Assembly (NCBI RefSeq): GCF_000281045.1
Contig: NW_008246115.1
Span: forward strand, 209,506-273,505
Source: Saprolegnia diclina VS20
Lineage: Eukaryota
DNA: 64,000 nucleotides
Reading direction: 5' to 3'
Shown here piece by piece: positions 47,674-59,661 of this stretch. The position numbers and the translations under genes are program-made. The notes beneath the pieces were generated by a model that saw only the letters and a list, made by a program, of their open reading frames with translations, ran no database searches and was not told where the DNA came from. Position 1 is the stretch's first letter; each line of letters begins with the position of its first letter.

Positions 47674-47928
47674 ATGTCGACTCAAGTCGCGTCGCCGCGG
47701 TGCATCAGCCTTGTCTACTCGGACGAACTCGTGAAAGCGCGCACGGACAGTGTGTTTCGAAGCATGCTCCAGCAGCTCTCGGAGAACGACGACGATGACC
47801 ACAACACGCGGCTCCTCAAGAAGGCACTGCAGTACAGGAGACGGCCGCCGCACGTCAACGTCACCGTCGCCGACGACACGGAGGTCGCCTCATGCTTTGG
47901 CGTTCGATGGCAAAAAATGTCGCCGTAA
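47674..47928 (+). CDS. Small hypothetical protein (84 aa), paralog B
   Basis: Paralog of 46747-46995. Inr+FPR-like tcatttttgaatttgc at 47644-47659 just upstream. Confidence 0.8.
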   Translation: MSTQVASPRCISLVYSDELVKARTDSVFRSMLQQLSENDDDDHNTRLLKKALQYRRRPPHVNVTVADDTEVASCFGVRWQKMSP

Positions 47929-49943
47929 AGTTCCGTATCGTATATTGTACAAATAGAAGATTCATTTTGATATGTTGATAAACAAAAGTTTAGCTTTTTA
48001 CATTGTCCTCAAACAGCTGTGCGTCGCTTTCAACGTTGCCACTATTAATGACGTCGACTTGACAATTGAGCACAGGGCGTCGCTATGCCTCCTCAAGCTG
48101 CTTGGCGAACAAAAGTCAATCCTTCCGGCCACACGTCGCCACCAAGAGAGTACTCGAGACTCGGTTCTTGCCACGATCCACGGACAGGACCGACGCGTGG
48201 GGCAACTGGATGCGACGTTGTTATGGGTCACGCGTTCCTAACACTATTGCTGACGTTACGATGGAAGCCTAACAAATGATGTGTGGGTCGACTTGATTTC
48301 GCCTTGCAGTTGCTGTTGGTATTGCATTCGAAAATCGATGCATTTCTGGTCAGCAACGTCAACGCAAAATACCGTGTAGAGTTGCAGAACATCTCTATTT
48401 CTCCTGCTGCCCACGCACGGAAGCCTTGAGCGAGCCAATCGTAGGCGCTGAATTTAACCACACAGGCGTCCCAAGACTGGCGTCAAGCTACTCGGGAGGT
48501 ACACACGAATCTGCGGCTGGCCAAGGTGCGCTTGCGACTTGATCTGAAGCTTCAAGGGCAAGTCCAGTGCATGGGACCAGTCGCAGTGCGGTCGGACTTC
48601 GCCAACTATAAACTGTGGAGATTTGCATCTCTCCCGATCGACGAGGACGATTCTTCCACTTCAAGTGGCCGTCGATGAAACTGCGCATCCAACCGCCACC
48701 GGAGCGCTGATAAGATGGACCAATGAGTTGCATCCGACGAGATGCCCAACTGCACCAACCATGCAACCTTCCCTCCGGCGGATGTAAAAAAATCCTTCCG
48801 GCCCTTCCTCCCGTTGTCACCTTGCCGAGATACGAAGCAGCCGGGATCCAGGCGCGGATTGGCGTGTGACTTGGTCGTATCTACTCGACTATGGTCAGCG
48901 CACGTGGCGAATACTGAATGCATTTGGCAGTGTCGAACCTTGGAGCAATTTTGATGGATCTCATGTGATTGGTCAATAATGCTGGAATTTTGCCCCAAGA
49001 TACCAGGATCGGGTCGCTCATTGGCTACAGCTAAAGTTGAAGCTCCACGCCCCACGTGGCAAGCCCACAGTTGCGAGACCATCGGAGCTGTCGTGGTCAA
49101 GGTGGCGCGAACAATCTCTGTTCCATCGATAAGAGACGTGAAATATATTGATGTGATTATGTTTGCTAAGCCAGTATCGCGCGTTTCACCGTGTCGTTGT
49201 GGATGTTTCTACCACGTAAATGTGCGCTGCTCCATCAAACGCACGTCGGCTCGTAAGCTCGTGGGGCACGCAAGTTGCGAGCAATAGTACAATCGTAGTC
49301 TTTGCATCGAGAGAAGATGAGATATCGCACCATGGGCCCTGGTTGCAGTCGCCGATGGCGTCCAATTTCATTGGTGGATCAGCATTGACTCCCAAGTACA
49401 ATATTATGGGATTGCAGAGAAATAATGGCCTTGTGGCCCCGCAATCGAGGAGGACGTGGTTACGTGTGCTGTGCGTACTCGAAATGCCGCGCTCAAGTTC
49501 GTCAGCCGGTCCCGCAAACGATAATGCGGTTTTCATTTCCCATCCGTCGCTTCCGTCCACACGCTGCATTCAGATTTCGGAAGCTCGAAAGCCGCGCACG
49601 CGAACCGCATCAGCAACGAGACCAGGTCTCGCAAAAGAGAACGAAATGTCGTCGATATTCGATATATCATTTCCGGTCCGCACCAGTTGTTGCCGTCTGT
49701 ACATTCTGCATGACGTCATCATTCCAGACGGTGCTCCCGGGACAAACCCCAGTTTTGCCCACACCGCGTGCATCCAGCGTTTTCAAAACAGAGTTTGCAA
49801 CCGCAGGTGGCCCACACGTGCGAGGTATAGGCGGCCCAGCTGCTGCCCAGGCTGCCACGTGCGAGATTCGGCGCCCTTTGTCCCAAATGCACTTTCGCGC
49901 CACTCGATCGTCGAATGATCAATCGACAGCACTTTGCATTCTT

Positions 49944-50448
49944 ATGGAAGCCCACAGCGTACAAGTTCGAGAGGCGTGCGACCGGCGTGCATGGGTCCGC
50001 GACTCCGACCGCAGCTCGTGCAAGGAGTGCACCAAGGGCTTCTCGCTCACGCGCCGGCGTCACCACTGCCGCGTCTGCGGCGACATAGTGTGCCACAGCT
50101 GCAGCGCGACAGTCTACCTCCGCAACACAACGAGCAACGTCGGGCGCGCCTGCCAAAGCTGCGCGCGTCCGTCACCCGACCAGAGTACCCCCCCGCCGGC
50201 GGTTTGTGCATGCGCTGACGTCGGCGCCGTGGAGCGAGAGCAGCACCACGGCGTGGCACGCAGACTGCGTCATTTGCCTCGACCCGTTCGCGGCGCAAAG
50301 CGATGCGCTAGTTGTGACGCTGCCGTGTCAGCACGCGTTTCATCGCCATTGTGCCGACCCTTGGCTCGCAACGCACGACGAGTGCCCTCTGTGCCGCCAC
50401 CAGCTCTCGCAGGATCGCACTGCGTTTTTAGAGTTCATTTCCTTTTAA
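49944..50448 (+). CDS. FYVE + RING-H2 zinc-finger protein (putative E3 ligase)
   Basis: FYVE motif WVRD..CKEC..F..RRRHHCRVCGDIVCHSCS..RACQSC. RING-H2 CVICLDPF..LPCQHAFHRHCADPWL..CPLCR is in the +1 frame. The two are joined either by intron 50185-50263 or by a 1-nt indel in the C7 run. Confidence 0.8.
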
Positions 50449-51110
50449 TTTACATGTCTTTGATCACCAGGATGGATCTCTCCGTACGCAGCTCACTCCC
50501 AACGACGAAGTGCTGGAGCCAACTCCCACGCATTCAGGCGTAGCGCTACGTATGCGAAGTCTTTGTGTCATAATGAAGATAACGCATATATATGATCACC
50601 GAGGGCGTTTGCGTTGATCCTACTATTCTGGAAATTAGGTATTTTGCTCAAGTAATTTCATGCCCACGGTGGCGGCGCGTTCTGGTATCTCGTGTTGTGA
50701 TTCGAACACGGATGTTGTCCCGCGTCTGTGCTTTTCGTGCTAAGTGTGACGCCAAGGGCATCAACACTTCGTTTTTCTTTCCTAGCGCCACACCGTCGGC
50801 GAGCGATGCGCTCCAGACGCAAACTGTCTGCCTCGCTGCGCTCGAGGTTTTCGTGGCAATGAACGTCAGATGCCGGTTGCGCTTGACGACAAACTTGTCG
50901 GGTACCAAGTCTTTTTCTATCAACGTATCAAGGACGGGTGTGACACCACGGTGCCGAGGCCAACTCGAATGCCCGTCTCAAATGGCGTCGATCGTCAGCA
51001 TCCCGGTCACCACCTCGCTCGCCATGGAGGTCTTTGTACGCGCAGAGCCATTTCGTCCGATGCCGGCACCCCTGGCATGGTCGGCGACGTGGGCTGCGTC
51101 ATTCTCTCGC

Positions 51111-51400
51111 NNNNNNNNNNNNNNNNNNNNNNNNNNNNNNNNNNNNNNNNNNNNNNNNNNNNNNNNNNNNNNNNNNNNNNNNNNNNNNNNNNNNNNNNNN
51201 NNNNNNNNNNNNNNNNNNNNNNNNNNNNNNNNNNNNNNNNNNNNNNNNNNNNNNNNNNNNNNNNNNNNNNNNNNNNNNNNNNNNNNNNNNNNNNNNNNNN
51301 NNNNNNNNNNNNNNNNNNNNNNNNNNNNNNNNNNNNNNNNNNNNNNNNNNNNNNNNNNNNNNNNNNNNNNNNNNNNNNNNNNNNNNNNNNNNNNNNNNNN
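51111..51400. other. Assembly gap (290 N)
   Basis: Run of N characters. Confidence 1.
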
Positions 51401-51521
51401 GCAGATTGGCGAGTGCAGTCTATCTTCATATATGAGTGTGGTTTGAGTTCTTTTTTGTGACGTCGCATTCGTCCTAGAGACTAGCAATCTTCTCCAACTT
51501 GTAGTCTGTCGAGATACCAAA

Positions 51522-51743
51522 GGCCGCCCGCGCTTCCTTGAGGACGCGAACGCCGATCATTCGGAGCTCTTAGCCACACCCGGCTGCATATATGACGCTG
51601 CGACATCCCATATAAACAAGAAAGAGTGTCCAAGTACTCGAAATCTTAGTCAGATCCAACTAAGATTTCGTCGCGTTGCAGCCGAGTGTGGCCTAAAGCT
51701 CCGAGTGATCGTAGCCTGCGTCCTCAATGAAGCGCGGGCGGCC
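51522..51743. repeat. Imperfect inverted duplication (~67-bp arms) of the PDI 3' end
   Basis: 51522-51588 (+) ggccgcccgcgcttccttgaggacgc..tcggagctcttagccacacccggctgca matches the reverse complement of 51677-51743. Confidence 0.85.
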
Positions 51744-53329
51744 GTTTAGCGGGCGGAAGCTCTCGAGGCCTTCGACGATGTGGGACAAGAACATCTCGAG
51801 GATACCATTGTCCATGATGTTGGTCATCTCTACACACGGAGATGACGTCATACGAAACTCGTGGTGTGACGCGCACCCGTGACGCGGAGGCGGCCGCGCG
51901 ACGACAGCTTAAAGACGATGCAGTGGCCGTCACGCTCGGGGCGATCCAAGGTAGCACCGACCCAGTCGGCGAGCACAACCACGAGGGGCGACGTCGGCGC
52001 CAGCCAAAAAAAGGCGAGTTTGTCGCGGCGAAAATGCTTGGCGACGGGCTTCAGGTCGAACGTACTTGGGTCGCGAGGGATGTAGAGCACGCAGAGCTTT
52101 CCGTCGCCAGCGTCGAGGCAGTCGGTCTCGAACGTCGCCGCCGTCGTCTCGGTGATGACAACGGGCGGCTTCCTTCTCGGTGCGTTCTCCTCGGGCGGCG
52201 GGAACGACGGAAGCGGCGACCAATCGCCCAGGTCCGACGTCAGCGCCTACCCAGTTACGAGCAACTAGGTATACATATTTATATGCTTGCGACCCGACCT
52301 TGTTGATAAATGAGGTCACTTGACGCGCCGGCTTGGCGTCCGTGAGGGCTACATGCGTGTACCCATGGTCGGGATGAACATACACGAGGGCGGGCAAGTC
52401 GGCGTCTACGCAGCCGGTTGCATGAGCAAGCGAACGAACGCAGGCAGAGGCACCGTGCAGGCCGAGGTGCTCGGCGATCTTGGCGTCGCTACCCGCGACA
52501 AACCCGAATTGCACCTACAATGCGACGGTTGGGATCGTGTTGGGCATGCGAATGACGTACCAGAATCGACTTTTTGTCGGGCGCAATGAACGACTGCGCG
52601 ACGTCGCTGAGCCAGCGCGGCTAGGCGGCGTGAGGCCAAGCACTTCCGCCAGAATATGGGACGACTACCTTGGCCTTCGCGCCCTTCTTGTGCTTGTTGC
52701 GGCCAAAGAGGATCGCACTGGGTGTCTTGGGCGGTGCGGTCGCAAAGAACGTATAGACGTCTTTGTATTGCAGGATCTGGACCGCCGCGTCGCTGGACGA
52801 GACGCCCAATGCCGCGAGCGGCGACGCCTTGACGTGCTGCACGATCTCACGCGCGCTGCGCCCGCCACGGTAGTCCGTCGGCTTGTTCTTGTTCTTGCCA
52901 AACTCTACAAATTACGAGTCCTTATATTGCGCGAGGCAGCGATGCAAAGGACCTTTGATGGTCGGGTAGCCTTGGATGCCAAACTGCTGCGCGAGCTGCT
53001 CGTTCGACGTGCAGTCGACAGCGCCGAGCTTGGCCTACAGGGCGTGCATTCCATTAGCCGCCGGCGCATCACGCCGCGTCGCCACCGTTGTCTTGAGAGC
53101 CTTGGCCGCCTTCTTCCACTCTGGCTCGAGCTGCTTGCAGTGGCCACACCTGCATGTCCGTCATTCATCGTGCACATGATGCTGTAGCATACCATGGCGC
53201 GTAAAACTCGACGAGCCAATAGTCCGGGCTGTCGAGAACCTCCTTCTTGAAGGTCTTCTCCGTGAGCACGTGGACATGGGCGATGGCCATCGCATGCAGC
53301 GCGACCAAGATCGCGGCCACGAAGCGCAT
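51693..53329 (-). CDS. Protein disulfide isomerase family (PDIA6/Mpd1-like, single CGHC), multi-exon
   Basis: Signal peptide MRFVAAILVALHAMAIA, WLVEFYAPWCGHCKQLEPEWKKAA, LGAVDC..GIQGYPTIK and DYRGGRSA. The spliced C-terminus ends GYDHSEL*. Confidence 0.85.
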
Positions 53330-53588
53330 GCTGTGCATTCGACCGCAAATCTTTGGTTGCCTCTTGAATTGGATATCTGCTGCAAGAACCTCTAGACTTG
53401 ATATTCCCTGTCATACTAAATACGAGGCTGAAATGCATACCATGATCTTGTGTTATATCTGAAGTTAGATGTCCTTAAACCTCTCAGAATACATACCTGT
53501 CGCGTGTTGATAGACGTACACCATGGAGCGATCTGAGGCCGCCGAGATCCGGGCTTGGCATATTCGCTTTCTTTGTGGTCGCAGGCTC

Positions 53589-54242
53589 ATGGAATCGCTC
53601 TTCGGCATCGTTGGCAAGGACTTCGTCATCCTCGCGGCTGACTGCAAGGTCGCCCGCTCGATCCTCGTGTACAAGGACGACGAGGACAAGGTGCGTGCGC
53701 ATGGAGCTACAGGCGAAGAGGGCTCATGATGATGATGGGCGTAGATGCAAACGCTCGATGCACACAAGATCATTGCGGGCGCCGGCCCCCAAGCCGACCG
53801 CGTCGAGTTCTGCGAGTATGTGCAGAAGAACATGAAGTTATACCAGCTCACACACGGCGTGACGCTGAACGGCCATGCGACGGCCAACTATGTGCGCGGC
53901 GAGCTCGCACGCCGCCTCCGCAAGGCGCCGTGCCAGTTGAACGCGCTCCTTGGCGCTTGCGATGTCGAGACGCTCGACGGCGAGAAGAAGATCCTCCCGA
54001 GCCTCTACTGGCTCGACTACCTCGGCACGCTCGCCAAGGTCAACTATGGCGCGCAGGGCTACGGCGCGCACTTTTGCCTCTCCATCATGGACCGCGAATG
54101 GCACGAGAACCTGACGCTGCCCGAAGCGCTCACGATCTTGCAGCACTGCGATAACGAACTCAACGAGCGCTTCTTGGTGCGCTCGGGTGAGTGGCTCTAC
54201 AAGGTCATCGACGCGAACGGGATCCGCGACGTGACCTTGTAA
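53589..54242 (+). CDS. PSMB2: 20S proteasome subunit beta type-2 (beta4/Pre1), 2 exons
   Basis: MESLFGIVGKDFVILAAD..ARSI..KDDEDK, DRVEFCEYVQKNMKLY, ANYVRGELA and LYWLDYLGTL..YGAQGYG..LSIMDR. Confidence 0.95.
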
Positions 54243-54325
54243 GTCATGGCTCCTACTTTGCTCCATGCTGCTTCGTCCACACCCAAGACGACGTGGTAAG
54301 CAAAATTAAACATTGGATATGGCTT

Positions 54326-57245
54326 CTACTTGCGGCGGTTGTACCGCGTCTTGGACTTGAACGAATTGACGCTCTTCTTGCCCTGCTTGCGCAGGTTCGT
54401 AATCTTCTCCTTGAAGACAAACTCGTCTTTCTTGCCGCCGCGCGCCGCGCTCTCGGGACGGGCCTTGGGCGCCGCCGGCTTCTTGGCACGCGACATGTCT
54501 TCGTCAAAGCCGCCACGGGCCGCGCGCTGCTGCTGCATCTTCTCGCGCTTCTGGCGCTTGAGCTCGTGGATCTCCGAGATCGAGCGGTTGGCTACAGATT
54601 CGCATCATCGCATGAGCCATCCTGCAAGCGTCCTGGAGCGACATACCAATCTCGCGCTTCTCTTCAATGGCCTTGCGCTTCGCGCTCTTGGCGGCGCCAG
54701 CCACGTGCTGCGACGTAAACACCTTCTTGTCTACCGTGGTCATAATAGCATCATGAGAGGTTCGGGACGTCGAGGGCGACGACGTACTCTGCTCGGCGGC
54801 ATCGTCGAGCAAGGCCTGTTCACGCTCGCGGATCTCGGTCATGCGGCGCTTCTTGTGGTTGAGCGGGTGCTTCTTCTTGTCTTCGGCAGCTTCCATCTCG
54901 GCGAGCTTGGCCTGGCGCGCCTCTTCCGCGCGGTCCGAGACGACCTTCTTTTCCTTTTCATTTTGAAACCACGTGCGGGCGGGGCGGCCGTGGATCTCGC
55001 TCTGGTGGCGAATGAGGTTGGTCGTGCGCGACGCTTCGCGCTCCGCCTCGCGCATGCGCTTCTCGAGCGTCTCTTCCTTCATGACCGACGAGACGTCCTC
55101 TTCCATCGCCTGGACGCGCGCGCGCCACTGGTTGATGACCGGGTCCGGCACGCTACGGCTCTTGACAAAGCCGTGGCAATGACGTGCGACCTCCTTCATG
55201 ATGAGACGGCGCGACTCGGACGTGAGCGTGACCGCGCGGCCCTTGCGACCAGCACGGGCCGTACGACCGACGCGGTGCACGTACGTCGTGACGTCCTTGG
55301 GCATCTGGTAGTTGATGACGGCGTGGACGCCCTCGACATCGATACCACGCGCGGCAATGTCGGTACAGAGGAGGATGTCGGCGCTGCCGTCGCGGAAGTT
55401 CTGCAGCGCTTGGAGACGCTCGCGCTGGTCGAGGTCGCCGTGGAGCTCGGCGGCCTTGATGCCCGCGAGGCCAAAGAGGATCATCATGCGGTGGGCGTGC
55501 TTCTTCGTTTCCATAAAGACAATCGTCTACACCATGCGACGAGATGAGATGCTGATTGGGCGAGCGCAAATTTCGAAGCGTTCGAAAAAAAAATCGAACG
55601 GCTTCGAAATTTTCAAAGCAGTGACATATAGACGTACGTTGGTCTTGAAGGTACGCGTGCAGAGCGCGAGCAAGATGGCTTCGCGGTCCTCCTCGCGCGT
55701 CGGGCGGATACGGACAAACTCTTGGACGAGGTTCTGCGCCATGTCGTAGAGCGGGTCCGTGCTGATGCGCACCGGCCGCTTCATCGAGAGCTTGATGAGC
55801 TCGTCGACCTTGGACGTGAGCGTCGCCGAGAAGAGCATTGTCTGGCGCGCAATCGGGCACATACCGACGAGCTCTTGAACTTCTTCCGTGAACCCGAGCT
55901 CGAGAAGACGATCGGCTTCGTCGAGCACGAGGATCTCGAGGTCGTCCATGTGTACACAGCGCGAGTTGCGCAAATGATCAATCATACGACCCGGCGTACA
56001 AATGACAACGTCCGGGAGCTTGCGGAGCTCGGCTTCCTGCTCGCGGAGCGGGAGACCACCGACAGCGAGTGCCGACGTCACGTCCGTAAACTTGCCGAGC
56101 TGCTCGAGCACCGACTGACACTGCGTCGCAAGCTCACGCACGGGACAAATGATGAGGACGCGCGTGGCCGCGGCTTTCCGCGACCGGAACTGGAGGCGCT
56201 CGAGGATCGGGAGCAGGAACGCGGCCGTCTTACCGGACCCCGTCTGCGCACTGGCGCAAATGTCCTTGCCGGAGAGCGCCACCGGAATCGCGCGCTGCTG
56301 GATCGGGGTCGGCTTTTCGAAACCAAGCGACGTCACGGCGCGGACCAGCGCGCGGCTGAGCTTGAGGTCGCTGAACGTCTTGAGGTCGTCCGGCGATGCC
56401 TTCTTGAAGACGTCGTTGTTGTCATCGAAGAACGCCGCCGCCTTCTTCTTTTCGATCTCGTCGACATGGTCCGACGAGCCTTGGTTCGCCTTGCGCTCGG
56501 CGAGCGCTTCCTGGAGCCGGGCTTCTTCGACGACGTCATCGTTCTCCGAGTCATCGTCATCGTCCTCTTCCGAGTCGTTGGCGTCCTTTTCCAGCACCTC
56601 CTTGGGCGCCTTCTTCGCCGGCTCGTCGTTCTCCGAGTCGTCGTCGTCGGCGTCTTCGCCCGCGGCCGTCGCCGCCTTGCGCTTCTCGCGGCGCTCGGCC
56701 TGGCGTTCCTTGCGGCGCGCCTCAATCTTCTTTTGGATCGTCGACCGGACGCTCTCGCCATAGACACGGCGCTCCATGTCATCGATCTGCGCAATGGCCT
56801 CTGCAAGACACCATCAGTTGTCACGTCATGACATGGGATTACGTACTCGTAAAGTCCCACGAGCAGCCGGCGGGGCCCTAATGCAGCGTCGCATGTGAGA
56901 TGGCGAAGGGACGATCGACGAGTACCTTAAAGCTCGACTCGTCGTCAAACTGGAAGCTCTCGCTAATCTCGCTCACAGCCGCCTTCTTCTTTTGCTGCGC
57001 CTGCTTGGACTGGAGCTTCTTCTTCTTACTCTAATGCATCGTGTGATGCCATTGCATATGATGGCGGGTTGTACCTTGGAGATGACGGCCAGCTCTTGCT
57101 CCTTGGCTTCTTCTTCGTCGCTGCTCGAATCGAGCACTTCAATCTAACGGCAAGGTTGAGCATGCGACCATGGGACGGATCATGCATCTACCTCGTCGTC
57201 CGACATGATGGTCATCATCAAGGCGTCATCTTGAGGGGCGGCCAT
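54326..57245 (-). CDS. DDX27: DEAD-box RNA helicase DDX27/Drs1 (60S biogenesis), multi-exon
   Basis: Q motif GFEKPTPIQ, AQTGSGKTAAF, TPGRMIDHL, DEAD, FSAT, ARGID, YVHRVGRTARAG and RTWFQ. C-terminus SFKSKTRYNRRK. Confidence 0.93.
55568..55612. repeat. Hairpin within a DDX27 intron (55527-55637)
   Basis: aaatttcgaagc-gttcga-A8-tcgaac-g-gcttcgaaattt forms an 18-bp stem with a single bulge. Confidence 0.85.
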
Positions 57246-57300
57246 GGGTACAAAGAGAACGCTTGGGCGGATGCTGCAAGGGTTTCTTAGTGTGGTCGCG

Positions 57301-57640
57301 TTTTCACGAAAATGATTGGATTGGACTGCGCCCCCTGTGATTGGTCGTTTGCGTCAAGGGTACATTCCAATGTACGTACGTGCCGTACACACTAATACTC
57401 AAGACGCTTTCCACTGTACGGTACCACGTACAATATCGTACATCGTACAGGAAATCCGTACAAGTTGATTGGGTGTTGGCCAGCAATTCTATAAACAGGT
57501 TTGTCGTGCCAATGTATTTTAATAGCTTGTTATTTGTATGCAAGATGGGCATGTTTCAACGCTTTGGATATTAATATACGACTTTGCACGGTTTAAAAAT
57601 TGGCTCGGAGCGATCCATTGTTGCCATCCCCGCCAAGCAA
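57301..57640. promoter_or_regulatory. Bidirectional promoter between DDX27 and BUD23 with CCAAT boxes and a GTAC cluster
   Basis: Divergent ATGs at 57245 and 57642. ATTGG at 57315, 57320, 57340, 57468 and 57599. Ten GTAC in 57360-57461. Confidence 0.6.
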
Positions 57641-57641
57641 G

Positions 57642-58809
57642 ATGAGTCGTCCCGAGCATGTGATGCCCCCGGAGGTAGAGCGTCCTACGTCGCTGCAGCC
57701 TCATCGATGGCGTCTCTAGCTCTTCTACAATGAGAAGGAGGCTGCCAAGTACAACTCGAGCTCGCGTATCATCAAAATTCAGGTGCGCCAGCCATTCGTC
57801 GCGACGTCGTGGACGACTTTGCCGTTGTAGAATGACATTGCCAACCGTGCGATTGAGCTCTTAAACCTCCCGGAAGACAAGGAGGCGTTCATCCTTGATG
57901 TGGGCTGCGGCAGTGGGCTCAGTGGCCGTACGTTGTACTGTCTATTGCGGTGCATTGACTCATCTTGGCTGTAGTGGCGCTCCAGGAGCACGGCCATGCG
58001 TGGGTCGGCTGCGACATCAGGTACTTTATCGTAAGCATCGAGTACGATGTGAACCAATGCATTCTAGTAAGGACATGCTTGACATTGCGGCCGAGCGCGA
58101 CAGCAGTGGCGACGTCTTTCTCCAAGACATGGGCTGCGGCCTGCCGTTCCGCCCCGGTGTCTTTGACGGCTGCATCAGTATCTCGGCCGTGCAATGGCTC
58201 TGCTACTCGGACAAGAAGGAACACACGGCGCGGAAGCGCCTCACGCGCTTCTTCTCGTCGCTCTACACGAGTCTCAAGCGCGGCGGCCGCGCCGTCATCC
58301 AGCTCTACCCTGAGACGCCCGAGCAAATGGAGGAAATCTCGGGCTGCGCGATGAAGTCGGGCTTCTCGGGCGGTCTCGTGATCGACTTTCCCAACAGGTC
58401 TGTCTGTCATGCGCTATGAAGCGTCGTCCTCACAAGTCGGGCTTAGTGCCAAGGCCAAGAAGTACTTTTTGTGTCTCTTTGCGGGCCACGACCCGACGAG
58501 CAAGCCGACCGCGATGCCCAAGGCGCTGACGGGCGACCCCAACACGGCGGCGTTCGAAGCGCGCCGTGAGAAGAACGTACGTTGGTGTTGCGCAGTGTCT
58601 TGGGATCTCACAGCAAACGCGTAGAAGAAGGCCCGGCGCGGCAACCGGGACATGCCCAAGAACCGGTGCGTGACCATCGCGTGTTGAATGATGGCTCATG
58701 CGATTGTAGGGACTGGGTCATGGCCAAGAAAGATCGGTACCGCAAGCAGGGCAAGGAGGTCAAGAACGACAGTAAATTCACGGCCCGTCGGCGTCCGTCT
58801 GGCTTTTAA
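57642..58809 (+). CDS. BUD23: 18S rRNA (guanine-N7)-methyltransferase Bud23/WBSCR22, multi-exon
   Basis: [79 protein letters not shown] and DSKFTARRR. Confidence 0.95.
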
Positions 58810-59346
58810 GAAGAGCGCAGTCTGCTGCTGCTACTTGTATGAGATTTCTTTACTTCCGCTTGGTGTGTTTCGTGGGCCGTCGACGAATGGACTAGTTTAG
58901 CTACCGAATTGGGCTCATTTCTTATTGACGAGGACTCCCATGGCGGCTTTGCTTTACACATTTCACTGCAGGCCATCAGGACGATGTGCGCCGACATGCC
59001 GCCAGCTCGTGAACCAGGGTTCGGTATCGGAGTGTGAATGCAGCATGGATCTCGACTTTGCATTGACGACAGATACTGGTATGCTTTTCGAGAAGAATTT
59101 GCGGGCAGAAGAATCCAACATCCTCCAGTCGACAATTACATAGACGAATAGTCGATCTACGAGCTAGAGATCTAATGTTACTCTGTGATGTGTTGTCCAG
59201 AGTGACTGACTACGTCCTGCGCTGTAGCGATCGCACGTCTGAAGTTAGAATTTGATGGTTTTGTTTCTTGTGATTATCGTGATTTATTCGTGTATTTATT
59301 TCAAGTAATCAGTGATTAGGCACAATGGTTTTGCTCGGAATAAAGG

Positions 59347-59661
59347 TCTCGACACTCAGGGCTACTACCCCCCGTTCAGAAACTCTAGTCTGAAATGAAA
59401 AATTTGGATCATCATTGCAAAACCGCTTGCTACTATCTTCTACGACTAGGCTAGGCGAGGTACGAAAGATCAGTAATCCTTGTAATGTGCATCAAGATGG
59501 AAATCAGACCCGAAAGATGGTTATTTTGTAGGAATTCATCATATCGGACGCTCGCCTCTACTTTTGATCAACTACATTTACGTGTTTTTTCTGCTCAGAC
59601 AGCCAAGGGTTATCTCGACAATCGGGGCTACTACCCCCCGTTCAGAAACTCTAGTCTGAAA
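59347..59661. repeat. Direct repeat (~49 bp, 266-bp spacing) in AT-rich intergenic DNA
   Basis: tctcgacactcagggctactaccccccgttcagaaactctagtctgaaa (59347-59395) versus tctcgacaatcggggctactaccccccgttcagaaactctagtctgaaa (59613-59661), with 2 mismatches. Confidence 0.9.

Noticed and set aside
49380..49480. HVLLDCGATRPLF resembling a retrotransposon aspartic protease motif (- strand)
   Set aside because: No gag, RT, integrase or LTR recognisable nearby. A single short motif is insufficient.
50592..51520. ORFs spanning the N gap
   Set aside because: Artefacts of translating through Ns. The flanks show no recognisable protein.
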